Origin: Candidatus Vogelbacteria bacterium
GTDB taxonomy: Bacteria; Patescibacteriota; Minisyncoccia; Phycocordibacterales; XYD1-FULL-46-19
Length of the DNA stretch: 64,000 bases
Direction of reading: 5' to 3'
Assembly (NCBI GenBank): GCA_016188295.1
Contig: JACPIA010000004.1
Location: forward strand, 42,478 to 106,477
Below the pieces are notes generated by a model. The model was given only the letters and a program-made list of their open reading frames with translations. It did no database searches and had not been told where the DNA came from. Both the position numbers and the translations under genes were made by a program. This document shows, piece by piece, positions 38,197-47,700 of the stretch (positions are counted from its first letter, which is position 1; the number at the start of each line of letters is the position of its first letter).

Positions 38197-38922
38197 CTAA
38201 TGTAATTGCCCGTAAACACAAATACTGCGGCGTTTGGCCGGACGACCACGGATGAGGTGACGATGCGATTTAACGATTTTGTGAATGGTAAAATGAGGTG
38301 CGAGCAAATCAATTAACTCTCGCTCGTTAAAGGCGTGTTCGGCGACGCCGATTTTAGGATGGATGTAGGAGCCTGGCTCATCAGCCGGGTGCTCGCGCAA
38401 TAGTCGTTTAGCATGCTCATCCTCGTCGAGCAAAAAAGTTTTAATAAATAAATAACCTCCTGATTTAAGGACGCGGACAATTTCATTAAGCACTTTGGCT
38501 CGCTCTGGTGTGGTGAGAAAGTGGGAGGTCATCATATCTAACACTAGAGCTTGAGAGGCGGTGGCAAGCGGCAAGGGCTCGGCAATCGAGCGTACCTGAT
38601 AAGTTAGATCTAAGCCTTTGCTGTTGGTTAGCGCTTGATTAATAGCCTCGCGAGCAATATCATAACCAACACCGTTCATTCCAAACTCTTTAGCCAAGTA
38701 AATTAAATTACGACCGTTGCCGGCGCCCAAGTCGAGGACGGAATTATGCTTATGTAAAACGCGCTGGCCGCTCTCGCGGATCAACCAACGGGTAAATTTG
38801 ATCAAATCCTCACTGGGGTTGTCGGACAGAGCCAGATTTTGGGCGTATTGATATTCCTTATTCCAAAAACCGGCGACTGGTTTTTTGCCCTCACGTTTAT
38901 AATGGCGAAAGTTTTTCTTCAT
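38197..38922 (-). CDS. class I SAM-dependent methyltransferase
   Basis: VLDLGAGNGRN, RVLKSGG. Confidence 0.88.
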   Translation of the reverse strand: MKKNFRHYKREGKKPVAGFWNKEYQYAQNLALSDNPSEDLIKFTRWLIRESGQRVLHKHNSVLDLGAGNGRNLIYLAKEFGMNGVGYDIAREAINQALTNSKGLDLTYQVRSIAEPLPLATASQALVLDMMTSHFLTTPERAKVLNEIVRVLKSGGYLFIKTFLLDEDEHAKRLLREHPADEPGSYIHPKIGVAEHAFNERELIDLLAPHFTIHKIVKSHRHLIRGRPAKRRSICVYGQLH

Positions 38923-38947
38923 TACGCTCCATGCTACACTGCTTGCT

Positions 38948-39694
38948 ATGGCCGGTCAATTAACTTTTATTTATGGAAAACACGCTTTGTTTGAGGCTTT
39001 AACCAGTGTCCCTCACGTGGTAGAGCGAGTTTTTGTGGTACCACCATTTAATGATGGACGATTAAACGAGTTGATTAAACGAGCAGGCATTAGTTTAACT
39101 AAAGTCCAGGCTAATACTTTACCGCGAGGTATTGATCCGACAGTGGTGCATCAAAATGTGATTGCCGAAATATCAGTTAAAAAATTAATGTGTCAATTTG
39201 ATCATTTTATCGAAGAGTTGATGGTAACTTCAAGCACCGCTTTAGTGTTACTGGGAGAAATTGAGGATCCGCAGAATGTCGGAGCGATTATTCGGAGCGC
39301 GGCCGCTTTGGGCGCGGCGGGGATTTTAATTTCCGAGCATCATCAAGCTCAAATTAGTGGTGCGGTGATTAAAGTGTCGGCGGGGATGGCGTTTAAAATC
39401 CCTTTAATTGCAATCAGCAATATTAATCACACTTTGCGCGAGCTCAAAGATAAGGGTTTTTGGATTTATGGATTAAGTGAGACGGCGGAGATGTCACTAG
39501 CCAGCGAACGTTTTGATCGGCCGAGTGTTTTTGTGTTGGGTAATGAGAGTGAGGGGATACGTCAAAAAACGCTTGAGACTTGCGATATTTTACTTAAAAT
39601 CCCGATTAGTTCTCATGCCGACTCCCTTAATGTCGCCACCGCCGCCGCTATAACGCTTTACGCTTGGAGTACTCAACATCCACAGGTTTTGTAA
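38948..39694 (+). CDS. TrmH/SpoU (RlmB-like) RNA 2'-O-methyltransferase
   Basis: YGKHA, DPQNVGAIIRSA, GNESEG, SLNVA. Confidence 0.93.
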   Translation: MAGQLTFIYGKHALFEALTSVPHVVERVFVVPPFNDGRLNELIKRAGISLTKVQANTLPRGIDPTVVHQNVIAEISVKKLMCQFDHFIEELMVTSSTALVLLGEIEDPQNVGAIIRSAAALGAAGILISEHHQAQISGAVIKVSAGMAFKIPLIAISNINHTLRELKDKGFWIYGLSETAEMSLASERFDRPSVFVLGNESEGIRQKTLETCDILLKIPISSHADSLNVATAAAITLYAWSTQHPQVL

Positions 39695-39796
39695 TAAAAA
39701 ACTTTACATTACTTATTTTTTAGTCTATATTCCATAGTTGGAGGGTCGCCTGGGCGACCCCATAACAATCAGGTCTTTTACTAAGGAGAATTATAA

Positions 39797-40447
39797 GTGG
39801 GAAAATATCAGCCTCGTTTGTTGCATCTTCATCCGCTACGTCTCTTACTGCTGGTAGTATCGCTTCCTGGAGCGGGAAAGGGGACTCTTTACAAAAACGT
39901 CTTGGCGCGGATTCCCGGTTTGAAATATTGGGAATGTAGCGCTTTACTCCGAGAGGTATACGGGCAATTCAATGGGAATAGTCTGTTTACTGATGATCAG
40001 GTTTGGGGTGTTTTACAACCAACACTGCATAGACTGGCAACCGCTACCGGATATAATCTGTATTGTCTTGATGGAGCGGTGCGTACCGGAGGTCAAGCTA
40101 AGCGGATGATTGATTGGGCTCGTGCCAATCACTGTTCTTTGATTATTTTGCATCAGGATGTTTCCGAAGAAGAGTGCCTCCGGCGGATGCTGGAACGTGG
40201 TCGCAACGGTGAAAGGACCGAGGAACAATGTCGCGTTAGGATGGGTAATCTTTTACCGGGGACCAAGAAGGCATTGAAAGTCCTACGGGCGGAGACGGAC
40301 ATCGCTCTCTATGTACCTGTTGATGGAGAAGGGAGTGCCAGCCAGACAGCAGAAAATGCTATCAAGCGTTTAAGGAAAGTGGGAATCACTGTTGCTACTG
40401 ATCCCATTAGTCGTCTATCACAAGCGTTTACTGGATCAGGTAGCTAA
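39797..40447 (+). CDS. divergent adenylate/nucleoside monophosphate kinase-like protein
   Basis: PGAGKGT P-loop, LDG.VRT..QA, RGR; SD AAGGAG and GTG start. Confidence 0.7.
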   Translation: MGKYQPRLLHLHPLRLLLLVVSLPGAGKGTLYKNVLARIPGLKYWECSALLREVYGQFNGNSLFTDDQVWGVLQPTLHRLATATGYNLYCLDGAVRTGGQAKRMIDWARANHCSLIILHQDVSEEECLRRMLERGRNGERTEEQCRVRMGNLLPGTKKALKVLRAETDIALYVPVDGEGSASQTAENAIKRLRKVGITVATDPISRLSQAFTGSGS

Positions 40448-40448
40448 G

Positions 40449-40865
40449 TTAGAAATTATTTTCTGTCCGACTCGGAGCTTTGCTCCGAGTCGGTTTTTTG
40501 TTGTTTAAATTAGCAATTAAATAATCTAACTTCTTTTCTAAACTGATCAAGTGGTCTTCATCTTTATCTAACTCTTTTTCCGTCTTCTCAATCAGTTTCT
40601 TTTCCCCCTTCAAGCCCGAAATAATAATATGATCGCCAATAAACATCGAGACAAATACGCCGCTAAAAAGCATAATCAGACTGCCGATAATAATCGACAT
40701 TGGGCCGCTCATGAACGGATAATTGTCGGCGGTATGCCAGACACCACGCCAAAAAAGCACTACTCCCACTCCGGTAACAAAAGCGTACCAAATTGGCCGA
40801 TGACTTAAGTAGCCACGGATATTATCTTCCGTGTGATCAAAAAAAAGTTTTAGTGATTTAAACAT
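40449..40865 (-). CDS. hypothetical membrane protein
   Basis: Two TM helices, GVVLFWRGVW motif, coiled C-terminus. Confidence 0.75.
   Translation of the reverse strand: MFKSLKLFFDHTEDNIRGYLSHRPIWYAFVTGVGVVLFWRGVWHTADNYPFMSGPMSIIIGSLIMLFSGVFVSMFIGDHIIISGLKGEKKLIEKTEKELDKDEDHLISLEKKLDYLIANLNNKKPTRSKAPSRTENNF
40467..40499 (+). terminator. terminator for the kinase-like gene, inside the 3' end of the convergent CDS
   Basis: ccgactcggagc ttt gctccgagtcgg tttttt. Confidence 0.7.
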
Positions 40866-40870
40866 AAATT

Positions 40871-41320
40871 TTAAAATAAATTATCTACTACTTCTTTAAC
40901 AACGGCACCATCGGCAGTACCACCACTAGCTTTAATAATTGCGCCGATTAAAATACCGGCTTTGGTTTTGTCAGTCACCTTAAGCTCTGTTTTTTTAGTC
41001 TCGGCGATTTTAATAATCTCTTCGCGCGACATTTGGGCCGGCAAGTAAGTTTGGAGAATGACCATCTCGGCGGTCTCATTGGCGACTAGATCGTCACGTC
41101 CACCCGCTTTAAATTGCTCAATCGAGTCTTGACGCTGGCGGGCTGCTCGCTTAATTACCGTTAAAGTTTCCTCATCGTTTAACAACTCATCCGGCTTACG
41201 ACTTTTGGCTACCAGCTCATTAGTCAAAGCCGAGGAGAGTCCTCGGACAACCGCTAATTTAACCGAATCCTTAGCTTTCATCGCTATCTTGATTTCATCT
41301 TTAATTTGTTGATGTAACAT
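40871..41320 (-). CDS. GatB/YqeY domain protein
   Basis: AMKAKD, RQDSIEQF..GGR.DL, YLP.QMS, ADG. Confidence 0.92.
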   Translation of the reverse strand: MLHQQIKDEIKIAMKAKDSVKLAVVRGLSSALTNELVAKSRKPDELLNDEETLTVIKRAARQRQDSIEQFKAGGRDDLVANETAEMVILQTYLPAQMSREEIIKIAETKKTELKVTDKTKAGILIGAIIKASGGTADGAVVKEVVDNLF

Positions 41321-41361
41321 ATAGAGACTATTGTACCAAAATTACGTTATACTGCCACTAT

Positions 41362-44295
41362 ATGGAGCTTAATGAGGGGCAAAAGCAAGCGATTGAGGCC
41401 GTGGAGGGTCCGGTAATGGTGGTGGCAGGCCCGGGTACTGGCAAGACTCAAGTGCTTACTTTACGCATTGCCAATATTTTGCGAGTGACCGATACGGCAC
41501 CGGCTAATATTTTGGCCCTCACGTTTACTGAAGCGGCAACGGCTAATATGCGGAGCCGTTTGGCCGAGATTATTGGTAGTCGAGCTTATGCTGTAGTCAT
41601 TAACACCTTCCATGGTTTTTGTAATAGCATTATCCGCGAGTATCCAGAGCATTTTCCCCGGATTATTGGCTCGCGCCCAATTACCGAAGTTGATCAAGTT
41701 AGATTAGTCGAGCAATTAGTTGGTCAGTTGTCACTTAATTTACTTAAACCCTTTGGTGATCCGACTCTGTATGTCCGCTCGCTTGTGGCGGCGATAAATG
41801 ATTTAAAACGTGAGGGCGTGACGCCAGAAAAATTTGCTATTTTAGTAGGTGAGGCTAAAAACGAATTAAATTCTCGTGAGGATCGCCTCCACACCAAAGG
41901 GGCGTATAAAGGCAAAATTAAAGGAGAGGTGTTGAAAGCAGAAAAAGATTTAGCCAAAAATGAAGAGTTGGCTCAAGTGTATATTGCTTATCAAAACAAA
42001 CTAGCAATAGACAAAGTCTATGACTACAATGATATGATTATGGAGGTGCTCGCGGTATTACAAGATGACGAAATTCTAAGGCAGATTCTTCAAGAAGAGC
42101 ACCAATATATTTTAATCGACGAGCATCAAGATACCAATAATGCTCATAATAAAATTATTGAGCTGCTAGCCAGTTTTCACTCTGAGCCAAATTTGTTTGT
42201 GGTAGGCGATGAGAAACAGGCGATATTTCGTTTTCAAGGGGCGTCGCTCCAAAACTTTTTATATTTTAAAAAGTTATACCCTAATGCTTTATTGATCACT
42301 CTGACCGACAACTATCGTTCTCAACAAACCATTTTGGATGCCGCTCATAGTTTACTACCAGCAACAGTGGCCACTGGTGGGATAGAGGTTAGATTAGCGT
42401 CTAAAAGTGCTCACCTAGTAGCGCCCATTTTAGTCGCCGCTTTCAGTAAGCCCGAAGTCGAGCAATTTGCTATTGCTAGTTTAATTAAAATTCAAATTGA
42501 AGCTGGTACACCAGCGGAAGAGATTGCTGTACTTTATCGCGATAATAAAGACGCCTTCCTTATCGCTCGGGCTTTAGCACGGATAGGGATTAATTATATT
42601 ATTGAGTCCGATCAGGATTTATTTACTCAAAGTGACGTGCGACGTTTACTCATTATTTTAGAGGCGGTGCATCGTTTTGGTGATGATGAACCTTTAGCTA
42701 AATTATTGCATTTAGATTTGTTTAAGTTAGATCCGTTGTTGGTTTACCAAGTAATCCGTCGGGCCGCTCAGACGCGACAACCACTGTACCGATTAATTAA
42801 AACCGATCCCGATTTTAAAGCGATTTACGCTAAATTGGCTAATTGGCGGAAGTTGGCGACCAATGAGAATTTGTTGACTCTGTTTGAACAAATTATCTGG
42901 GACTCTGGCTTATTAAATCAAATACTAACCGCGTCAAACGCGACGGAGCGTTTTGAGTCAATCAGTCGTCTAGTGGTTGAAGTGGGTGTATTACTCGAGA
43001 GTCACCCAGAAGCTACCTTAGCCGACTGGTTTAATTATTTAGCCACAGTCCAAACTCATGGCTTGTTAATTAAGCATTCTCGGGCGGGTGGCATGCCGGG
43101 CAAAGTTCGGCTAATGACCACCCACCGGGCCAAAGGTTTGGAGTTTGATCAAGTCTACATTATGGGAGCTTACGACGGCCACTTTGGCGGCAAAAAAATG
43201 CGCGAGCTAATTAAATTATTGCCCACTGTTTATGGTGCTAAGGCTGGCGATGAAGCGGATAGTAATAGTGATGAGCGGAGATTATTTTATGTGGCATTGA
43301 CGCGAGCACGTAAGGGGGTAATGGTAAGTTTTGCTAAAGAGAGTGTTTCGGGTAAAGAGCAATTACCTTCGCTCTTTTTAACTGAGATTGGGGAGGAGTT
43401 TAAACAAGATTTTGATACCACCGCTCTGGAGGCTAAATTTGAACAGCAAAAAACCGAGTTTATGGTTCCTGTTCAAGTCAAAAATGAGCCTGGCCCCGAT
43501 CGGGATTTTATCCAAACTATTTTTACCGAACAAGGCTTGTCCGTTTCCGCACTTAATAATTATTTAACTTGTCCGTGGCGCTACTTTTATCGTAATTTGA
43601 TCCGCTTGCCCGAGGCTAAAGCGGCCAGTGCTTTGTACGGTACCGCAGTACACAATGCTTTAGCCGATTTATTTAGACGCTTGCGTAGTGAGCCAGTGAC
43701 TAAAGAGGAATTACTTGCTGGTTTGGAATATCATTTGCGACGCCAACCCCTTACCAAGCAGGCCTTTGATCAAGCACTGGCTAAAGGTAAAAAAGCGCTG
43801 GTTGGTTGGTATGATAAGTATGCAGTTGATTGGAACGGCAGAAATTTTTTAACTGAATTTGATATCAAGGGTGTGTTATTAACACCGGAAATTAAGTTAA
43901 ACGGCAAGATTGATAAATTGGAATTTACGGGTAGTGGCAATCAAGTATTAGTGACTGATTACAAAACGCGCCAACCATTAACGTCACGCGAGATCAAGGG
44001 AGAAACAATCGATGACGATGGTAGCTATTTCCGCCAACTTGTTTTTTATAAATTACTGCTTGATCGTTATGACAATGGCAAATATCAGATGGTGATGGGG
44101 GAGATTGATTTTATCGAGCCTAATTCTAAAGGTGATTACAAAAAAGAGCAGTTTGAGATTTCTGATCTAGATAATAAAGAATTAGTCGAGACGATTAAGT
44201 GTGTAGCAAGTGAAATTACGACCCTCGCTTTTTGGTCTAAGCGTTGTGAAGACAAAGATTGCCAATATTGCGCTCTCCGTAATCTAATTAGTTAA
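41362..44295 (+). CDS. UvrD/SF1 helicase fused to a PD-(D/E)XK nuclease
   Basis: AGPGTGKT, DEHQD, GDEKQAIFRFQGA, HRAKGLEF, YVALTRA; C-terminal CP..Y, GKIDK, DYK, C...C..C. Confidence 0.93.
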   Translation: MELNEGQKQAIEAVEGPVMVVAGPGTGKTQVLTLRIANILRVTDTAPANILALTFTEAATANMRSRLAEIIGSRAYAVVINTFHGFCNSIIREYPEHFPRIIGSRPITEVDQVRLVEQLVGQLSLNLLKPFGDPTLYVRSLVAAINDLKREGVTPEKFAILVGEAKNELNSREDRLHTKGAYKGKIKGEVLKAEKDLAKNEELAQVYIAYQNKLAIDKVYDYNDMIMEVLAVLQDDEILRQILQEEHQYILIDEHQDTNNAHNKIIELLASFHSEPNLFVVGDEKQAIFRFQGASLQNFLYFKKLYPNALLITLTDNYRSQQTILDAAHSLLPATVATGGIEVRLASKSAHLVAPILVAAFSKPEVEQFAIASLIKIQIEAGTPAEEIAVLYRDNKDAFLIARALARIGINYIIESDQDLFTQSDVRRLLIILEAVHRFGDDEPLAKLLHLDLFKLDPLLVYQVIRRAAQTRQPLYRLIKTDPDFKAIYAKLANWRKLATNENLLTLFEQIIWDSGLLNQILTASNATERFESISRLVVEVGVLLESHPEATLADWFNYLATVQTHGLLIKHSRAGGMPGKVRLMTTHRAKGLEFDQVYIMGAYDGHFGGKKMRELIKLLPTVYGAKAGDEADSNSDERRLFYVALTRARKGVMVSFAKESVSGKEQLPSLFLTEIGEEFKQDFDTTALEAKFEQQKTEFMVPVQVKNEPGPDRDFIQTIFTEQGLSVSALNNYLTCPWRYFYRNLIRLPEAKAASALYGTAVHNALADLFRRLRSEPVTKEELLAGLEYHLRRQPLTKQAFDQALAKGKKALVGWYDKYAVDWNGRNFLTEFDIKGVLLTPEIKLNGKIDKLEFTGSGNQVLVTDYKTRQPLTSREIKGETIDDDGSYFRQLVFYKLLLDRYDNGKYQMVMGEIDFIEPNSKGDYKKEQFEISDLDNKELVETIKCVASEITTLAFWSKRCEDKDCQYCALRNLIS

Positions 44296-44427
44296 TGTCA
44301 AGGCAACGCCTTGACATCTCAAGGCTTAACCCCGAAGAAAAGGTGTAAAATAAGGGTTATTTGATACAGAGGACCGTCCTCTGTGGTAAAAGCTTGACAA
44401 ATTACGGGGGTTTGCTATACTGGAAAT

Positions 44428-44657
44428 AGGGTGGATGAAGTCTGTATGCTTATATGATCCCGGCTAGCGGATAGACATTCACCCTTCACCTCTTTCACCT
44501 CGGTAGCACCTTGGTGATTAACGAAGAATAAACACTGAATATAGGGATCGACAGTGGTTGTGTGTCGGACGGTTTTAGTCATTATTATGGACTAAAAACT
44601 GTTGGCGGGCAGCAACCCGAATTCCCCCTGCGAAGGCGCACTGCGGGGGGAATTTTT
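44428..44657 (+). ncRNA. candidate ~230-nt multi-hairpin RNA with possible kissing loop
   Basis: TTGACA-16-TATACT (44394-421), five hairpins, terminator at 44620-57. Confidence 0.55.
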
Positions 44658-45832
44658 TATTTAGTATCTTGTAAGCGATAAGTGGGGATGAGGCCGATAA
44701 ACATCAATAGGCCAAGAGCGTAAAAGATATGGGAGAGAAGAAAGTAAACTAAAAAAGTACTGACAGCGAGTGGGGCAATAATATAAGAGAGTGGGATGGC
44801 ATCACGAGAGAGGCTGACAATTGAGGTGTCATTGCTATCGATTTTTTTAAATAGATAGATCTCCTTCATTGCTTCAATAGCACTCGCACCGACACGAGTC
44901 ATAAATAATAAAGCACTCCAGATGACCAATGATTTAGTCGCCACTAAGGGAATAAATAAAGTACTTAAACCGGCAATAACTAGACCGGTGGCTAAAATTT
45001 CTTTTTCTCCTATCCAGCGGTCGGCTAGACGGCCAAGTGGATACTCAAATAAAACAAACGGCAATAGCATGATAGTAAAGACCACCCCAAGTTCCGACCA
45101 AGAGAGACCGATGGTTTGGATTAAATAAAGTGGTGAATAAATTACCATTACGGCATAAAAAAAATTGAGCAATAAATCAATAACTAAAATTCGGCGCAAA
45201 TTACTGGTTTTGATATCCGTCCGAGTCAGTAAACCAATTATCACACTTAATTGAGAGCGACCTAAATACTTAGGTTTAGCCTCGGCACGGGAAAGGTAAT
45301 GGCCGGCCACGTATAGGAGTGGCACTAACATCAATGCGGCTAAAAAATAAAGGCTACTAAAACCCCAAGCAGTAATCATTACTCCAGCCACTAATGGTGA
45401 GAGTAACCAAGCAACATTAATAATGGTTAAAAACAATCCCCTAATTTCACCGGTTCGCTCATCGGTTGAGAGATGCTCAAGATATAAGTCCAAGGTAAAG
45501 CGGAGTACAAACATCGCTGCATAATAAAAACCAAATAAGCCCAAGGCCCACCATTTAATACTCGGCGCGGACGAGAGTAAAACCAATGAGAGTAAGGTCA
45601 AGCTGGCTACTCCGGTGGTGATAGCAATATTACCAAACCATTTAATTAGCGTGGGAGTGATGGCTAAGGCAATGATAGCGGTGATTGAGGCTAGAGTGTA
45701 AACGAGGCCAACTTTCTGGTCAGAGACGACTGTGGCCAAAAATGAAGAGTTGACGTAGGCTGGCAAAGCAGTCGCTACGGCGACGGCAAATCCAGCGACG
45801 TAAGTAAATAAACGAACACGGGCAACAGGCAT
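44657..45832 (-). CDS. MFS transporter
   Basis: About 12 TM helices; G.LADR.GEK motif. Confidence 0.9.
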   Translation of the reverse strand: MPVARVRLFTYVAGFAVAVATALPAYVNSSFLATVVSDQKVGLVYTLASITAIIALAITPTLIKWFGNIAITTGVASLTLLSLVLLSSAPSIKWWALGLFGFYYAAMFVLRFTLDLYLEHLSTDERTGEIRGLFLTIINVAWLLSPLVAGVMITAWGFSSLYFLAALMLVPLLYVAGHYLSRAEAKPKYLGRSQLSVIIGLLTRTDIKTSNLRRILVIDLLLNFFYAVMVIYSPLYLIQTIGLSWSELGVVFTIMLLPFVLFEYPLGRLADRWIGEKEILATGLVIAGLSTLFIPLVATKSLVIWSALLFMTRVGASAIEAMKEIYLFKKIDSNDTSIVSLSRDAIPLSYIIAPLAVSTFLVYFLLSHIFYALGLLMFIGLIPTYRLQDTK

Positions 45833-45841
45833 TGTTTATTA

Positions 45842-47692
45842 TTATACCTCAATCAGTACTGGTAAGATAATTGGTCGTTTGTGAGTTTTTTGGAAGAGAT
45901 ATTTACCGACGTCCTCACGGATCGCATTTTTAACATAGTCAAAGTTAATTGGATTCATCTGGCGTGTGGAGTCCTCGATTACTTTTTTAATTTGACTGCG
46001 CACTTGACGGAGTAAGTCTTGTGACTCTTTTAAGTAAATAAAGCCGCGGGATATAATGTCGGGCGACTTGCGCACTTGGCCGGTTTTTAAATCTACCATC
46101 GCAATAATTACAAACATACCGTCTTGAGCCAGCGCTTGGCGATCACGAATGACCACTTCTTGGACATTACCAGCCCCTAAACCATCAACCATCACCACTT
46201 TACTAGAAACGGTTTCTTTGTGGGCAAAAATCCGTCCGCCTTGATCGGCAATCTCAATTACCATCCCATTATCTGGGACAATGGCATTTTTTTCTTCTAC
46301 TCCCAAACGTACCGCCATATCGGCATGGACCCGGAGCATTGAATGATGGCCGTGGACCGGAATAAAAAACTTAGGTTTTAACATTTTATGGATCCACTCC
46401 AACTCACCTTGGTAAGAGTGTCCCGAGGAATGGACATCAGCAATACCATAGTGAATGATTTTGGCACCTTGGCGGGAAAGATTGTCTTTTAATTTCTGCA
46501 CACTCTTTTCATTCCCGGGGATCACTGATGAGGAAAGTAAAATAGTATCTCCTTTTTTTAATTTAACGTGCTTATGCTCTTTAGTGGACATTCGCATTAG
46601 GGCGGCAAACTCGTCTCCTTGAGCGCCGGTAGCTAAAATGACAATCTTATTTTCCGGATAATCGCCAATTTGCTCAGCGGGGATAATGGTCTCTTTGCGC
46701 ACTTTTAAAATACCGAGTTCTTTGGCGATCTCGACATTGTTGCGCATCGAGCGACCCTCTATTACTACCTTTTTGCCTAAATTCTCGGAGGCTTGGACCA
46801 TATACACAATTCGTTCAAACATTGAAGCAAAAGTACCGATCACAATTCGACCCGGGACATCGGCGATAATTTGACGCAAATTTTCTTGGACCTCACGCTC
46901 AGGGTAAGAGAAGCCGGGTTTTTCCACGTTGGTGGATTCAGCGACCAAAAGCAAAGTCTTTTCTTTACCTAATTTTTCAAATGTTTTAAATTCGCTTTCC
47001 ACCGGAATATTGTCTTTAGTATCAATCTTAATATCGCCGGTAAAAATCAAGTTGCCGTAAGGGGTATCGATAATAACTCCAAACGAATCGGGGATCGTAT
47101 GAGTAACGGTAAAAAAGCGGATTTTAAAGTGGCCTAGAGTAAGATGTTGGTGTGGCTCAATAGTTTGGATGTCCAGCGCCGGCAGCTGAGGAAACTCTTC
47201 TTGGCGTTTTTTAATCATTACCGCCGAAAGTAAAGTGGTGTAAAGCGGCGGATTGCCAATCTTAGGCATAATGTAGGGAATGCCACCAATGTGGTCCAAG
47301 TGAGCGTGAGTAATTATTACGCCTTTAATGCGATGCTTATTGGTTTCTAAATAAGTGGCATCCGGGATAATATAATCGACACCTGGTGTATCGTCATTAG
47401 GAAAGGTGAAACCCATATCGACTACTAAAATATCGCCTTCATATTCAACGGCAGTCATATTTTTGCCGACCTCCTCAACACCACCTAGAGGGATGATCCG
47501 GATATTACCGGACTCAAGTGCTGGTAAAGCTTTAGCGCTACCGGAGCGTGGCCGCAACGCTTGATTTGGTCGCGGAGGCATCCGTCGTGGCTGGCGTTTA
47601 CCTCCGCGACCACCGCCGATAGCGGGACGAGCGACGGAGTGCGGGCTGTGAGGTATTGGAGTGGTGGCAGCGGGAATTTGATCGGGAGTCAT
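45842..47692 (-). CDS. rnj: ribonuclease J
   Basis: PLGGVEEVGKN, THAHLDHIG, HSSGH, PVHG. Confidence 0.97.
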   Translation of the reverse strand: MTPDQIPAATTPIPHSPHSVARPAIGGGRGGKRQPRRMPPRPNQALRPRSGSAKALPALESGNIRIIPLGGVEEVGKNMTAVEYEGDILVVDMGFTFPNDDTPGVDYIIPDATYLETNKHRIKGVIITHAHLDHIGGIPYIMPKIGNPPLYTTLLSAVMIKKRQEEFPQLPALDIQTIEPHQHLTLGHFKIRFFTVTHTIPDSFGVIIDTPYGNLIFTGDIKIDTKDNIPVESEFKTFEKLGKEKTLLLVAESTNVEKPGFSYPEREVQENLRQIIADVPGRIVIGTFASMFERIVYMVQASENLGKKVVIEGRSMRNNVEIAKELGILKVRKETIIPAEQIGDYPENKIVILATGAQGDEFAALMRMSTKEHKHVKLKKGDTILLSSSVIPGNEKSVQKLKDNLSRQGAKIIHYGIADVHSSGHSYQGELEWIHKMLKPKFFIPVHGHHSMLRVHADMAVRLGVEEKNAIVPDNGMVIEIADQGGRIFAHKETVSSKVVMVDGLGAGNVQEVVIRDRQALAQDGMFVIIAMVDLKTGQVRKSPDIISRGFIYLKESQDLLRQVRSQIKKVIEDSTRQMNPINFDYVKNAIREDVGKYLFQKTHKRPIILPVLIEV

Positions 47693-47700
47693 ATATTTTA

